Assembly: GCA_018383815.1 (NCBI GenBank)
Contig: JAHAWU010000050.1
Location: forward strand, 1-21,831
Length of the DNA stretch: 21,831 nt
Direction of reading: 5' to 3'
Source: Candidatus Jordarchaeia archaeon
GTDB taxonomy: Archaea; Asgardarchaeota; Jordiarchaeia; Jordiarchaeales; Jordiarchaeaceae
In this document: positions 7,750 through 16,447 of the stretch, in pieces
Layout of the letters: the number at the start of each line of letters is the position of its first letter
How positions within the stretch are numbered: the first letter of the stretch is position 1
The notes under the pieces: model-generated
Told to the model about the DNA's origin: nothing
The model's input: only the letters and a program-made list of their open reading frames with translations
Database searches by the model: none
Made by a program: the position numbers and the translations under genes

Positions 7750-9528
7750 TTAAGAGAGCAGGTTTAATATGGTCAGAGCGTAAATTTTAGCTGCCTTAAT
7801 TAAACTGTCTATGGACACACTCTCGTTTGCGGCGTGGGCCTCTTTAGGATCCCCTGGTCCAAAAACAGCGGTGGGAATACCGTGAGAAATACAGTGCTTC
7901 GCCACTGTTGCGCCCCCTATCCCAATTAGCTTAGGCTGGCTTCCCGTCACTTCCCTTATTACACTCACCAGCGCTCTAACAACGGGGTCTTCGGGAGAAA
8001 CTTCCGTCGGGGGATCCGAAGCTATGGGCTCTATGGCCACCTCTAGTCCAGGGTTCTCCCTCTGGACGCTCCTCACCAATTCGCGTAACTCGTTGATTAT
8101 CTGCCTCAAATCCTGGGAGGGTAGATATCTAATATCCACTGTGGCCTCGGCGGAAGCAGGAATCACGTTCGTAGCCACTCCGCCCTTTATTGTTCCTACA
8201 TTTATGGTTGGAGCTCCAAGCAAAGGATGTTCGGTGTAGGACATTTTTAGGTTTTCTATGCGGGCCAAAACCTTTGAGAGGTTTACAATTGCATTCGCGC
8301 CCTTCACCGGCATACTACCGTGACCCTGTGCACCAGTACTCTTCAGCCTGGCCCATAAACGGCCCTTTTCCGCAATCTCCACCGCTTCACACTTAGTTTG
8401 CTCAGCCACGAGAGCATAATCAGCTGTTAAGCCCTTTTCGTTCAAAAGATACTTTATGCCCAGCTCATTTCCAGTTTCCTCATCTGCCACGGCCACAAAC
8501 AACAAGCGTCCCCGAATGGGGAAATTAAACTCCTTAAGCGCCTGAATAGCCAGAAGAACAGAAGCCATAGGCCCCTTATCATCAACAACACCCCTACCCA
8601 CAATCCTACCATTAGTAGGAGTAGCTTTAAATGGATCATAAATCCATCCGTCACCCGCAGGCACCACATCCAGATGGGTAATAATCATTAAAGTGGGAGA
8701 GTTACCCTTCTCCACATAGCCTACAACGTTGGTCCGCCCACTCTCCTTCTCGTAAGATTCAGTTTGCATTCCAATCCTATACAGCTCGCCCTGAACAACA
8801 TCCGCAGCAACCTTCTCATTTCCCGGAGGATTAACAGAGCGGGCGGAAATTAGATCTTCAAGCAAATTTAGGAGATAGTCCCTTCGACTGTCAATAAACT
8901 GCAGAATCTTACTCTTAACGTCTGGAAACACTACACCCTTTACCGTAGGTAACTTTTCTTCGATACCCAACAAGCGCCTTGAAACACTTTGAAAAGCCAA
9001 ATTAACCTTGTCACCAGTTTTAGCACTAGTCTCAATGTAAGGCGCGCCCAAGCTTCTGGCAAGCATCTCCGCCTCTTGCCTAGAAACAACACGGTTGCTG
9101 GCCAAATCATTCTTATTACCGATCAAAACAATCGGTACATCACCACAAACGCTACGCAACTCTTTATACCATGTTGTAACATTCTGAAAAGATTTAGTAT
9201 CTGTTAAGTCAAAAACAATCACAGCCCCCTTAGCTCCAGCATAGAAAAACGATCTCAAGTGACTGAAGGAGGGCTGACCTCCAAGATCCCAAATCTGTAA
9301 GGTCACAATTTTATCCTCAATATTTATGGTGTGAGCAGCAAACGAAGTTCCTAAAGTCATTTTGTAGTCTTCTGAGAACCTATTCTCGGTTAGCCTTACT
9401 ATTAGGCTGGTCTTGCCTACACCACCATCCCCAATGCAAACAACTTTAAACGCATATTCTTCATGCTTGGGTACCATATCCACTCTGCCCCTATTGCAAC
9501 TTTTGCTATTTTTCTCCTTTTTCCTCAT
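7750..9528 (-). CDS. Fusion protein: N-terminal Rab/Ras-like small GTPase and C-terminal M20 family metallopeptidase (ArgE/DapE/ACY1/CPG2 type)
   Basis: GTPase module, about aa 26-187: G1 GDGGVGKTS, G3 WDLGGQ, G4 GNKND, G5 ETSAK. M20 module, from about aa 205: SVNPPGNEK..TLMIITHLDVVPAGDGW..VVDDKGP..AVADEETGN..HGSMP..GGATVAKH. It is one uninterrupted frame. The true start may be the ATG at 9477 (MVPKHEEY). Confidence 0.85.
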   Translation of the reverse strand: MRKKEKNSKSCNRGRVDMVPKHEEYAFKVVCIGDGGVGKTSLIVRLTENRFSEDYKMTLGTSFAAHTINIEDKIVTLQIWDLGGQPSFSHLRSFFYAGAKGAVIVFDLTDTKSFQNVTTWYKELRSVCGDVPIVLIGNKNDLASNRVVSRQEAEMLARSLGAPYIETSAKTGDKVNLAFQSVSRRLLGIEEKLPTVKGVVFPDVKSKILQFIDSRRDYLLNLLEDLISARSVNPPGNEKVAADVVQGELYRIGMQTESYEKESGRTNVVGYVEKGNSPTLMIITHLDVVPAGDGWIYDPFKATPTNGRIVGRGVVDDKGPMASVLLAIQALKEFNFPIRGRLLFVAVADEETGNELGIKYLLNEKGLTADYALVAEQTKCEAVEIAEKGRLWARLKSTGAQGHGSMPVKGANAIVNLSKVLARIENLKMSYTEHPLLGAPTINVGTIKGGVATNVIPASAEATVDIRYLPSQDLRQIINELRELVRSVQRENPGLEVAIEPIASDPPTEVSPEDPVVRALVSVIREVTGSQPKLIGIGGATVAKHCISHGIPTAVFGPGDPKEAHAANESVSIDSLIKAAKIYALTILNLLS

Positions 9529-9729
9529 ATTTTTTGGTGGCTTTACATAATTTACTATGTTTTTAGATATATATTATTTGCTAAGCTTTTCGTGATAGAA
9601 GGTTTATTGTATGTTATTTTTTGTTCAAACTTTAAATAGTTTAAATTGTTTGGTTCTGAATCATTCCAGCTTATGAAACATTTTTATTTGCTGATGATTT
9701 TAGAATGGTTAGTTTATATTTGAATTTTA

Positions 9730-10683
9730 ATGTTCGAGGTGTTTATTTTGCCAGTCGAGAAGCAGTTGGTGATTATTGGCGCTGGGCCAGCGGGATTGAG
9801 CGCTGGAATTTATGCGGCTAGATTTGGTTTAAATGCGGTGATTTTAGAGGCCAAGGTTAGTGGTGGCCAGGCCGCAGAGGCGGCTGTTATTGAGAATTAT
9901 CCTGGTTTTGTTAAAATTAGGGGAATGGAGTTAATGGATGCTATGAGAAAACAAGCTGAGGGATGTGGATGCGACATTCATGATTTAGAACCAGTTAGGA
10001 AAATAGAGAAGAAGGAAAAGCATGTTAGAGTTATATCGGATAGAGAGACATATGTAGCCGATGCAGTTATAATAGCTACGGGGCGTGAGCATGTGAAGCT
10101 TGGGGTGCCAGGAGAAGAGCAGTTTAGTGGTAGGGGAGTTAGTTATTGTGCAACTTGCGATGGACCCTTGTTTAAGGGTAGAAGGGTGCTTGTAGTTGGT
10201 GGTGGCAATACAGCTTGTTCAGAGGCTCTATATTTGAGTGATGTTGCCGGGGAAGTACATTTGGTTCACAGGAGGGATGATTTGCGAGCCGAAGCTTACT
10301 ACAAGAGGGTCTTGACAGAGAAGGGAGTTAAGTTTCACTGGAATACTGAAGTAAAGAGTATTGAGGGGGATAAAATAGTGAAAAAAATTCGACTTGTTAA
10401 TAATAAAACGGGGGAGGAGACTACATTGGATGTGGATGCAGTTTTCATAGCGGTGGGCTACAAGCCAGTTAGTGACTTAGCCAAGGAGGCAGGAGTCAAG
10501 CTGGATGAAGGAGGGTACATAGTAGTAGACAGGGAACAGAGAACAAATATAGAGGGAATTTTTGCGGCGGGAGACATTACCGGAGGCATTTTCCAGATTG
10601 CTACTGCTGTTGGTGAGGGAGCCACGGCGGCGGTAAACGCCTACCTTTACATTAGAGGCGGCTGGTACGGCACATCCAAATGA
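9730..10683 (+). CDS. trxB: Thioredoxin-disulfide reductase
   Basis: It has the FAD motif VIIGAGPAGLSAG, the redox-active CATC (GVSYCATCDG), the NADPH motifs VVGGGNTA and HRRDDLRA, and the C-terminal GIFAAGD. Confidence 0.9.
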   Translation: MFEVFILPVEKQLVIIGAGPAGLSAGIYAARFGLNAVILEAKVSGGQAAEAAVIENYPGFVKIRGMELMDAMRKQAEGCGCDIHDLEPVRKIEKKEKHVRVISDRETYVADAVIIATGREHVKLGVPGEEQFSGRGVSYCATCDGPLFKGRRVLVVGGGNTACSEALYLSDVAGEVHLVHRRDDLRAEAYYKRVLTEKGVKFHWNTEVKSIEGDKIVKKIRLVNNKTGEETTLDVDAVFIAVGYKPVSDLAKEAGVKLDEGGYIVVDREQRTNIEGIFAAGDITGGIFQIATAVGEGATAAVNAYLYIRGGWYGTSK

Positions 10684-10875
10684 AAAGAATAATCGCAGAA
10701 ATAAGGTAGTCCTATTTTTCAATATTTTGGTCTTCCTTAAAAATAAGAAGGGTTACATGTTTACAGTGCAGAACCAAACCTCAATAAATTTAAGACTGGA
10801 ATTAAGTAGGGAATCCACGTTTTCACCTCGAGAACCATAAACATTTGACGCGATTATTTTTTGGGGAACGTTAAA

Positions 10876-11832
10876 TTAGGCCCAGTAGGGTTGTTTTATG
10901 TATTTGTAGGCGTTAAGAGCTGCTTTTATCCCTTCTCCTATGGCGGTCGATATTCTCATAGCTCCGCCTGCCACATCTCCTGCAGCAAAAATTCCCTCTA
11001 CACTGGTCTTTTGGTCGCAGTCGACCATTATTAAGCCTTTTTCGTCGAGTTTCACATTTAGATCTTTTAGCATCTCACTTGCTGGCACTGTTCCGAAGCA
11101 GAATATGACTTGGTCAGCCTTCATTTCTATTTCTTTTTTAGTTGCATCGTTGTATATGGTTACTCCTGTTACTTTATCGTCTCCGTGTATTTTTTGTAAT
11201 CTAGAATTGGTTAATATGTTTATTTTGCTTTTTTTCAATTGTTCTACCAGTATTTCATCCGCTCTAAAGGATTCGCGTCTGTGTACAAGGTAAACCTGTT
11301 TCGCTATGTCCTTTAAGGTAATAGCGGTTTCTACAGCTGTTTCTCCTCCGCCCACAACAAATACTATTTTATCCTTCATTTCGTTAGGGTTTTGAAGTTC
11401 GTAGCTTACACCCTTGTTTTTGAATTCTGCCTCCCCTTCGATGCCGCCCACGAAACTTTTGGAGTGTGAGCCGGTGGCGATTATTACCGCTTTGGCTCTG
11501 TAGGTTTTCCCATCATCTGTGCTTACCAGTTTATCGTTATTTTCTATTGAAACCTTGGAAACCCTTGATTCGCATTTAATTTCTGCTCCAAATTTTTGTG
11601 CTTGCCTGAGTAGGGCTTCCCCCACCTCTATTCCTTTCACCCCATCTGGGAAACCTATGAAGTCATCCACTATTTTGGTTCCATATACGTTTACTGGTTT
11701 TCCACCTACTTTACTGGTTGCCTCCAAGACCAGCGTTTTTAGTTTTCGCCTCGCGGCAAAAGCGGCGGCAGAAAGCCCAGCCGGCCCCGCTCCTACTATT
11801 ATCACATCATACTGCAAGGGTGACCTCACCAA
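10876..11832 (-). CDS. Thioredoxin-reductase-like FAD/NAD(P)-dependent oxidoreductase lacking the CxxC redox centre
   Basis: It has the same fold signature as trxB: IIVGAGPAGLSAA, VVGGGETA, HRRESFRA and GIFAAGD. At the position of CATCDG it reads GVSYELQNPN, so it has no active-site cysteines. Confidence 0.8.
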   Translation of the reverse strand: MVRSPLQYDVIIVGAGPAGLSAAAFAARRKLKTLVLEATSKVGGKPVNVYGTKIVDDFIGFPDGVKGIEVGEALLRQAQKFGAEIKCESRVSKVSIENNDKLVSTDDGKTYRAKAVIIATGSHSKSFVGGIEGEAEFKNKGVSYELQNPNEMKDKIVFVVGGGETAVETAITLKDIAKQVYLVHRRESFRADEILVEQLKKSKINILTNSRLQKIHGDDKVTGVTIYNDATKKEIEMKADQVIFCFGTVPASEMLKDLNVKLDEKGLIMVDCDQKTSVEGIFAAGDVAGGAMRISTAIGEGIKAALNAYKYIKQPYWA

Positions 11833-11925
11833 AATTCCAAGTTTGAAAAAATAATAGGAAAAGGGAAATAAAAGATTAACCTAATAAGACATGGAAGTTG
11901 AGTAGAGATAAAGGCGTTAAAAGGG

Positions 11926-12342
11926 TTGTTAATAATGGTTGTGGTGGTTGCTACTGTGGTTATTAGGGACGATAGGGGCAGGACACTTCTGGTGAACGAT
12001 AACGGAGTATGGGCTATTCCTGGTGGGAAGGTGGAGAAGGGTGAAAGAGTGATAGAAGCCGCGGAGAGAGAAATAAAAGAGGAAACGGGATATCTAATAG
12101 ATATTAACGGTTTGGCGAGAGTTTACGAATTGAAGAAGGGGGAGGACTATCACCTATTTTTTGTATTTAAAGCCAAAATAGTGAAAAGGTTAACCGAAGG
12201 CACCAGGGAATATAAATGGTTCAAGGTAGATGAAATTGGACATCTAAACGCCTACCCTGAAACCTATTTGCTTCTAAAAGAGCTGGAGAAAAAAATTCCA
12301 AAATGTGTAGAGTACCCCCTCAATATTCACTTCTACTTTTAG
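11926..12342 (+). CDS. Nudix hydrolase
   Basis: The Nudix box GGKVEKGERVIEAAEREIKEETG fits the Gx5Ex7REUxEExGU pattern. The track start is a TTG at 11926; an ATG at 11935 is an alternative. Confidence 0.85.
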   Translation: MLIMVVVVATVVIRDDRGRTLLVNDNGVWAIPGGKVEKGERVIEAAEREIKEETGYLIDINGLARVYELKKGEDYHLFFVFKAKIVKRLTEGTREYKWFKVDEIGHLNAYPETYLLLKELEKKIPKCVEYPLNIHFYF

Positions 12343-12647
12343 AATTTCTGAAAAGAGCATATATTTCTGATAGAATTAACGGTCACCCAGCTATCCTTAA
12401 TTTACTATGCTTCTTCTTATGTAAATGAGGGAGTGTATTTTTGTGAAACGGAATTTGACGTTTGGCTAAAAGCTATAATGAGTAAGGTTAGTACTTATTA
12501 CACCGTCTCTTCTCAACCTATAAACGCAAACATCCCCACAATAACACCTTATCACGCTATATCTGTTATTCCTTTGAGTAAATAATATATAGGTAGGTAA
12601 ACATCGCACTACTCGAATTCCAACTTGTAAAATTGAGTCCGGGATGA

Positions 12648-13622
12648 TTGAGAATGCGCAGGGAAGATAGTATACAGGAACTTGTCTCAAAGTTTATAGA
12701 GAAGGACCGCATAGCGCTCGCAAAAATTATTACACTTGTGGAGAATGAGCCTGATAAGGCTAAGGAAATTTTTGACATCATATATAAAAATACGGGAAAG
12801 GCTTACATCATTGGTGTTACTGGGTCTCCGGGTAGCGGAAAAAGCACCCTTATTTCCAAGTTAGCTCAAGAGATGAGAAGTAGGGGAAAGACAGTTGGTA
12901 TAATTTCTATTGATCCCTCCAGTCCCTTCTCGGGAGGAGCCTTCCTAGGGGATAGAGTTAGAATGAGGGAAATTGTTTCTGATCCTGAAATATTCATTCG
13001 GAGCGTAGCATCTAGGGGGGTTTCGGGAGGGCTTTCTAAGGCCACTTATGATATTGCTGCTGTGTTCGACGCTTACGGTAAGGACTATATACTCATAGAA
13101 ACTGTAGGGGCGGGGCAAGCCGAAGTCGACATTATGAAAATTGCAGATACTATAATTTGCGTGTTTATACCGGGAGCTGGCGATTCAATACAGGCCCAGA
13201 AGGCGGGAATTATGGAAATTGGGGATATACTGGTAGTAAACAAGGCGGACATGGATGGGGACAAACTGGCGCTACAGTTAGAGTTGGCGCTGGATTCTTA
13301 CACTCGGCAAACTGGTTGGCGCCCGCCTGTTCTCTGCACCATAGCTACTGAGGGTGTGGGAATCCGGGAACTTTTGGAGTCTATTGAGAAACATAGGAAG
13401 CATATTGAACTGGCGGGTGTACTTGAGGAGAGACGGAAAACCCACATCGAGAAGAAGATTAGGGAAATTGTGCTGCAGATTGTAGAAGAGTACGTTTCCA
13501 AGTTTCTTAAAGAAGATAAAGAGATTAAAAATCTTGTAGATAAGGTCTATTCAAAAGAAGAGAACATCTACTCTGCCGCAAATAAACTCATTCAACCGCT
13601 TATCAAAAAATTTGAGGAGTAA
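12648..13622 (+). CDS. meaB: MeaB/ArgK-type G3E family GTPase (methylmalonyl-CoA mutase-associated chaperone)
   Basis: It has the P-loop GVTGSPGSGKST, then ETVGAGQAEVD, the NKxD motif VVNKADM and a C-terminal dimerisation helix. The start is either the TTG at 12648 or the ATG at 12654. Confidence 0.85.
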   Translation: MRMRREDSIQELVSKFIEKDRIALAKIITLVENEPDKAKEIFDIIYKNTGKAYIIGVTGSPGSGKSTLISKLAQEMRSRGKTVGIISIDPSSPFSGGAFLGDRVRMREIVSDPEIFIRSVASRGVSGGLSKATYDIAAVFDAYGKDYILIETVGAGQAEVDIMKIADTIICVFIPGAGDSIQAQKAGIMEIGDILVVNKADMDGDKLALQLELALDSYTRQTGWRPPVLCTIATEGVGIRELLESIEKHRKHIELAGVLEERRKTHIEKKIREIVLQIVEEYVSKFLKEDKEIKNLVDKVYSKEENIYSAANKLIQPLIKKFEE

Positions 13623-13632
13623 GTGAGTAAAA

Positions 13633-14163
13633 ATGAGTCAAAGGTTAACGAAAGGACTCATCCAAGTTTACTACGGAACGGGGAAAGGGAAGACTACAGC
13701 TGCGCTGGGATTAGCCTTTAGAGCAACAGGGCACGGGTTCAAAGTACACATGATTCAATTTATGAAGGGAGAAGTGAAATATGGAGAGATAAAAGCCGCT
13801 AAGAACTGGCCCAATCTCACAATAACCCAGTTTGGAAGACCGGAAATAATTGCCGAACCCGAAAAAGTAGACATAGAAGAAGCGAAAAAGGCCTTAGCAC
13901 TGGCAAAAAAGACAATTGAGGATGGGGAGTACGACATCCTCATATTAGACGAGGTAGGCGTGGCCATAGAGATGGAATTAATAAACGTGAGAGACGTAAT
14001 AGAGATATTGAAAGCTAAGCCACCACACCAAGAAGTTATCCTAACAGGCAGATACATGCATCCCAAACTAATGGAGATGGCAGACCTAGTCACCGAGATG
14101 AAAATGATAAAGCATCCCTTTGTCACCCAAGGATTACAAGCCAGAAAGGGCATCGATTTTTAG
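13633..14163 (+). CDS. cobO: Cob(I)yrinic acid a,c-diamide / cob(I)alamin adenosyltransferase (CobA/CobO/BtuR type)
   Basis: GLIQVYYGTGKGKTTAALGLAFRATGHGFKVHMIQFMKG and ILDEVG..LTGR are typical CobA-type motifs. It starts 10 nt after the meaB stop, so the two are probably co-transcribed. Confidence 0.88.
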   Translation: MSQRLTKGLIQVYYGTGKGKTTAALGLAFRATGHGFKVHMIQFMKGEVKYGEIKAAKNWPNLTITQFGRPEIIAEPEKVDIEEAKKALALAKKTIEDGEYDILILDEVGVAIEMELINVRDVIEILKAKPPHQEVILTGRYMHPKLMEMADLVTEMKMIKHPFVTQGLQARKGIDF

Positions 14164-14410
14164 TAAAAGCACATAACCTTTGCTTCATGGAGTAAACTGG
14201 GATATCTCAAGCCCATAACTTCTCTAGAAGGAAGACCTAGGAAGAATTGATGATGTGGATTATTCTGATTTTGACACTTATTTTGAAGCCTCTAAAGGGG
14301 AGGACATTATAAACGCTCCTTTTTTGAGGGAGTTAAAAAAATATTCAGCTCAATAGAAACATGAGGGAATGCTTTTTATTTGAGGCAGATGTTGTTTAAT
14401 TTGAGGAATT

Positions 14411-14947
14411 ATGGAAAACTTGCCAGTTTTTGAGAGTGAGTGGTACGTGCTTAATGATATGCTTGGGGATCTTAAATCCAAGAGGATAAGAGTTCCTTCC
14501 AGTGTGGCTGAAAATTTGAGGTATACGCGTTTCATAATAGAGCATTACAAGGAAACGCCCAGCATAGAAACGCACATACACTATGACTATCTTAATGATT
14601 TGGAAGCCGCATTAAACAATGTGAAGGCCGCCTTATTTGAGGGGGCTCGGGAACTGGGAGAGGACTATGTCGCTTTGTGGAGGAAAAAAATTGATGAAGC
14701 CCCATTAAACTACCCACCACCACGCAAGAAAACTCTTGTTAGAGGGCTTCCTAGAGATAGGAAATCAGACTTTGTGCGTATCACTTTTAACAGGGATGTC
14801 CCGAAAACAGAACTACTTCGTATAGCAGAAGAGCACAATGTTAACATATATTTTCAAGACGACAAAGTAGTTGTTGTTTCGGGGGTTCCTGAGAAGATTA
14901 AAAAGGCTATCCGGATAATGGCGGAAAGATATTTCCAACCTTTATGA
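14411..14947 (+). CDS. Hypothetical protein (178 aa)
   Basis: It is a clean ORF with ordinary codon structure. I recognise no diagnostic motif. A GAGG motif lies upstream of the ATG. Confidence 0.55.
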   Translation: MENLPVFESEWYVLNDMLGDLKSKRIRVPSSVAENLRYTRFIIEHYKETPSIETHIHYDYLNDLEAALNNVKAALFEGARELGEDYVALWRKKIDEAPLNYPPPRKKTLVRGLPRDRKSDFVRITFNRDVPKTELLRIAEEHNVNIYFQDDKVVVVSGVPEKIKKAIRIMAERYFQPL

Positions 14948-14962
14948 ATTCTAAAAAATTAT

Positions 14963-15760
14963 TTAAGCTAGATCTTTTTCTAATCTGTCTTTTATTTTTG
15001 CGATTTGCTTCATGGCTTCGGAATTTGGTGCAATGTCTAGAGGCGCAACATCACGCAGGTCAGCTTTTATTATTTCGCGGTCGTAGGGTATTAGAGCAAT
15101 AAGTTCTATTCCTAATTCTCTGCTTGCCTCCTGTAAGAATTTAGCATCTTCATCGTCTGAAACTTTGTTTGCAACCATGTAGAGTTTTCGAACGCCCATT
15201 CCTTGTGAGAGCTCTTTAATCCTTTTAGCCAAGTCTAAAGACTTTGTTCCGGGCTCTATAACTATTATCATTGCGTCTACGCCTTTTGCTGTTCCCCGCC
15301 CTAAGTGCTCTATTCCTGCCTCCATATCTAGAATCACTACTTCGTCTCGTTTAAGTACCATGTGGGAAAGTAATGCTCTTATGAGAGCATTGCTGGGACA
15401 CATACAACCTCCACTTGGCTGTGTGACTGTTCCCATCATTAGCAGTTGGACTCCGTCTGGACCTGTAACTTTGAAACGATCTGGGATATCTGCTACCTTG
15501 GGGTTAAGGATAAAAACCCCTCCCAAGGAGCCTGGCTTCGCGCCCGTACGTTCCTCTATAAGTTCATTCATCTCAGATATGGGTTTTACGTTTTTCATGT
15601 TTTCGTGTGGTATGCCCAGAGCCTTGTAGAGATTCATACTTGGGTCTGCGTCAATTGCGAATACCTTTCTTCCTTCCTTGGCAAAAAGGCGTGCCAAACT
15701 CCCAGCCACGGTGGTCTTGCCCACCCCGCCTTTTCCTGCTACGGCGATTTTGAAACCCAA
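14963..15760 (-). CDS. cooC: CooC/AcsF-type nickel-insertion accessory ATPase (MinD/ParA superfamily)
   Basis: It has the deviant Walker A AVAGKGGVGKTT and a CxC metal motif (GGCMCPSNALIRALL). The TTG start is preceded by GGAGGT 7 nt upstream. Confidence 0.78.
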   Translation of the reverse strand: MGFKIAVAGKGGVGKTTVAGSLARLFAKEGRKVFAIDADPSMNLYKALGIPHENMKNVKPISEMNELIEERTGAKPGSLGGVFILNPKVADIPDRFKVTGPDGVQLLMMGTVTQPSGGCMCPSNALIRALLSHMVLKRDEVVILDMEAGIEHLGRGTAKGVDAMIIVIEPGTKSLDLAKRIKELSQGMGVRKLYMVANKVSDDEDAKFLQEASRELGIELIALIPYDREIIKADLRDVAPLDIAPNSEAMKQIAKIKDRLEKDLA

Positions 15761-15919
15761 TTAACTACCTCCAGTTCGTAATGTTTCTTCCTTTTTTATA
15801 GCACAGTGGAGGGAATGCTTAATAATTTTTTGAATTTCATTATTTGCGTTGGGATAGTAGATTTCGGTAATGGTTTCAGATGTGGAAATTTGTAATTTAA
15901 AATTTTTTAAATAGTAATT

Positions 15920-16384
15920 GTGGTGGGTTATGCGATGGGTAAACATGGTTCTTTAAGCGGTGAAATAAGTAGCGAAGTCAGGAATATTTTGAGGGGGGAT
16001 AGTAGGTTGTTGGAGGAGGCGAAGTTTAAGCGTAAGGAAAAGGAAAATGCAATTATCTGGACTACTAATATCTATTTGAAGGATAAATCTCAGCTTTCGG
16101 AGTTTGTTTCTTACATAGCTGATGTGGTAGAGTCTATTTTGGAGAGGCATCTGGCTTCTGATGGGGAAATAATAAGATTGAGTGTTGGTAGTGGAACGGT
16201 TAGTGATAGGGGCGAGATATGGTTTGGAATAGTTGGTGGCGTAGTGTTTGAGGTTTATTGTTTTACCTGTAGGTCAATAAGCTTTGTAAGAATTTTGCAT
16301 GAAAAACAGCTCTATGGAGAAAAAAATGAGTGGGTTAGTTTAGATATAGATGAATATCTGGATTCACAATGGTTCGAAGAGTGA
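15920..16384 (+). CDS. Hypothetical protein (about 150 aa)
   Basis: The ORF starts at a GTG at 15920 or an ATG at 15935. I recognise no motif. Confidence 0.4.
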   Translation: MVGYAMGKHGSLSGEISSEVRNILRGDSRLLEEAKFKRKEKENAIIWTTNIYLKDKSQLSEFVSYIADVVESILERHLASDGEIIRLSVGSGTVSDRGEIWFGIVGGVVFEVYCFTCRSISFVRILHEKQLYGEKNEWVSLDIDEYLDSQWFEE

Positions 16385-16447
16385 ACATTGATTATAAAAG
16401 ATTACATGAAACTGGATTTTTTAGGTACAATGGGTAAATGTTCACTT

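Noticed and set aside
12343-12647. Cobalamin riboswitch upstream of meaB-cobO.
   Set aside because: I could not find a B12-box-like GCCACUG core or the surrounding paired elements. The minus-strand ORFs listed here (12466-12690, 12566-12781) also look spurious.
14245-14305. Possible C/D box sRNA: UGAUGA at 14248-14253 followed after 11 nt by CUGA at 14265-14268.
   Set aside because: There is no convincing C' box, no terminal D box (CUGA) and no terminal stem. The match is no better than expected by chance in AT-rich sequence.
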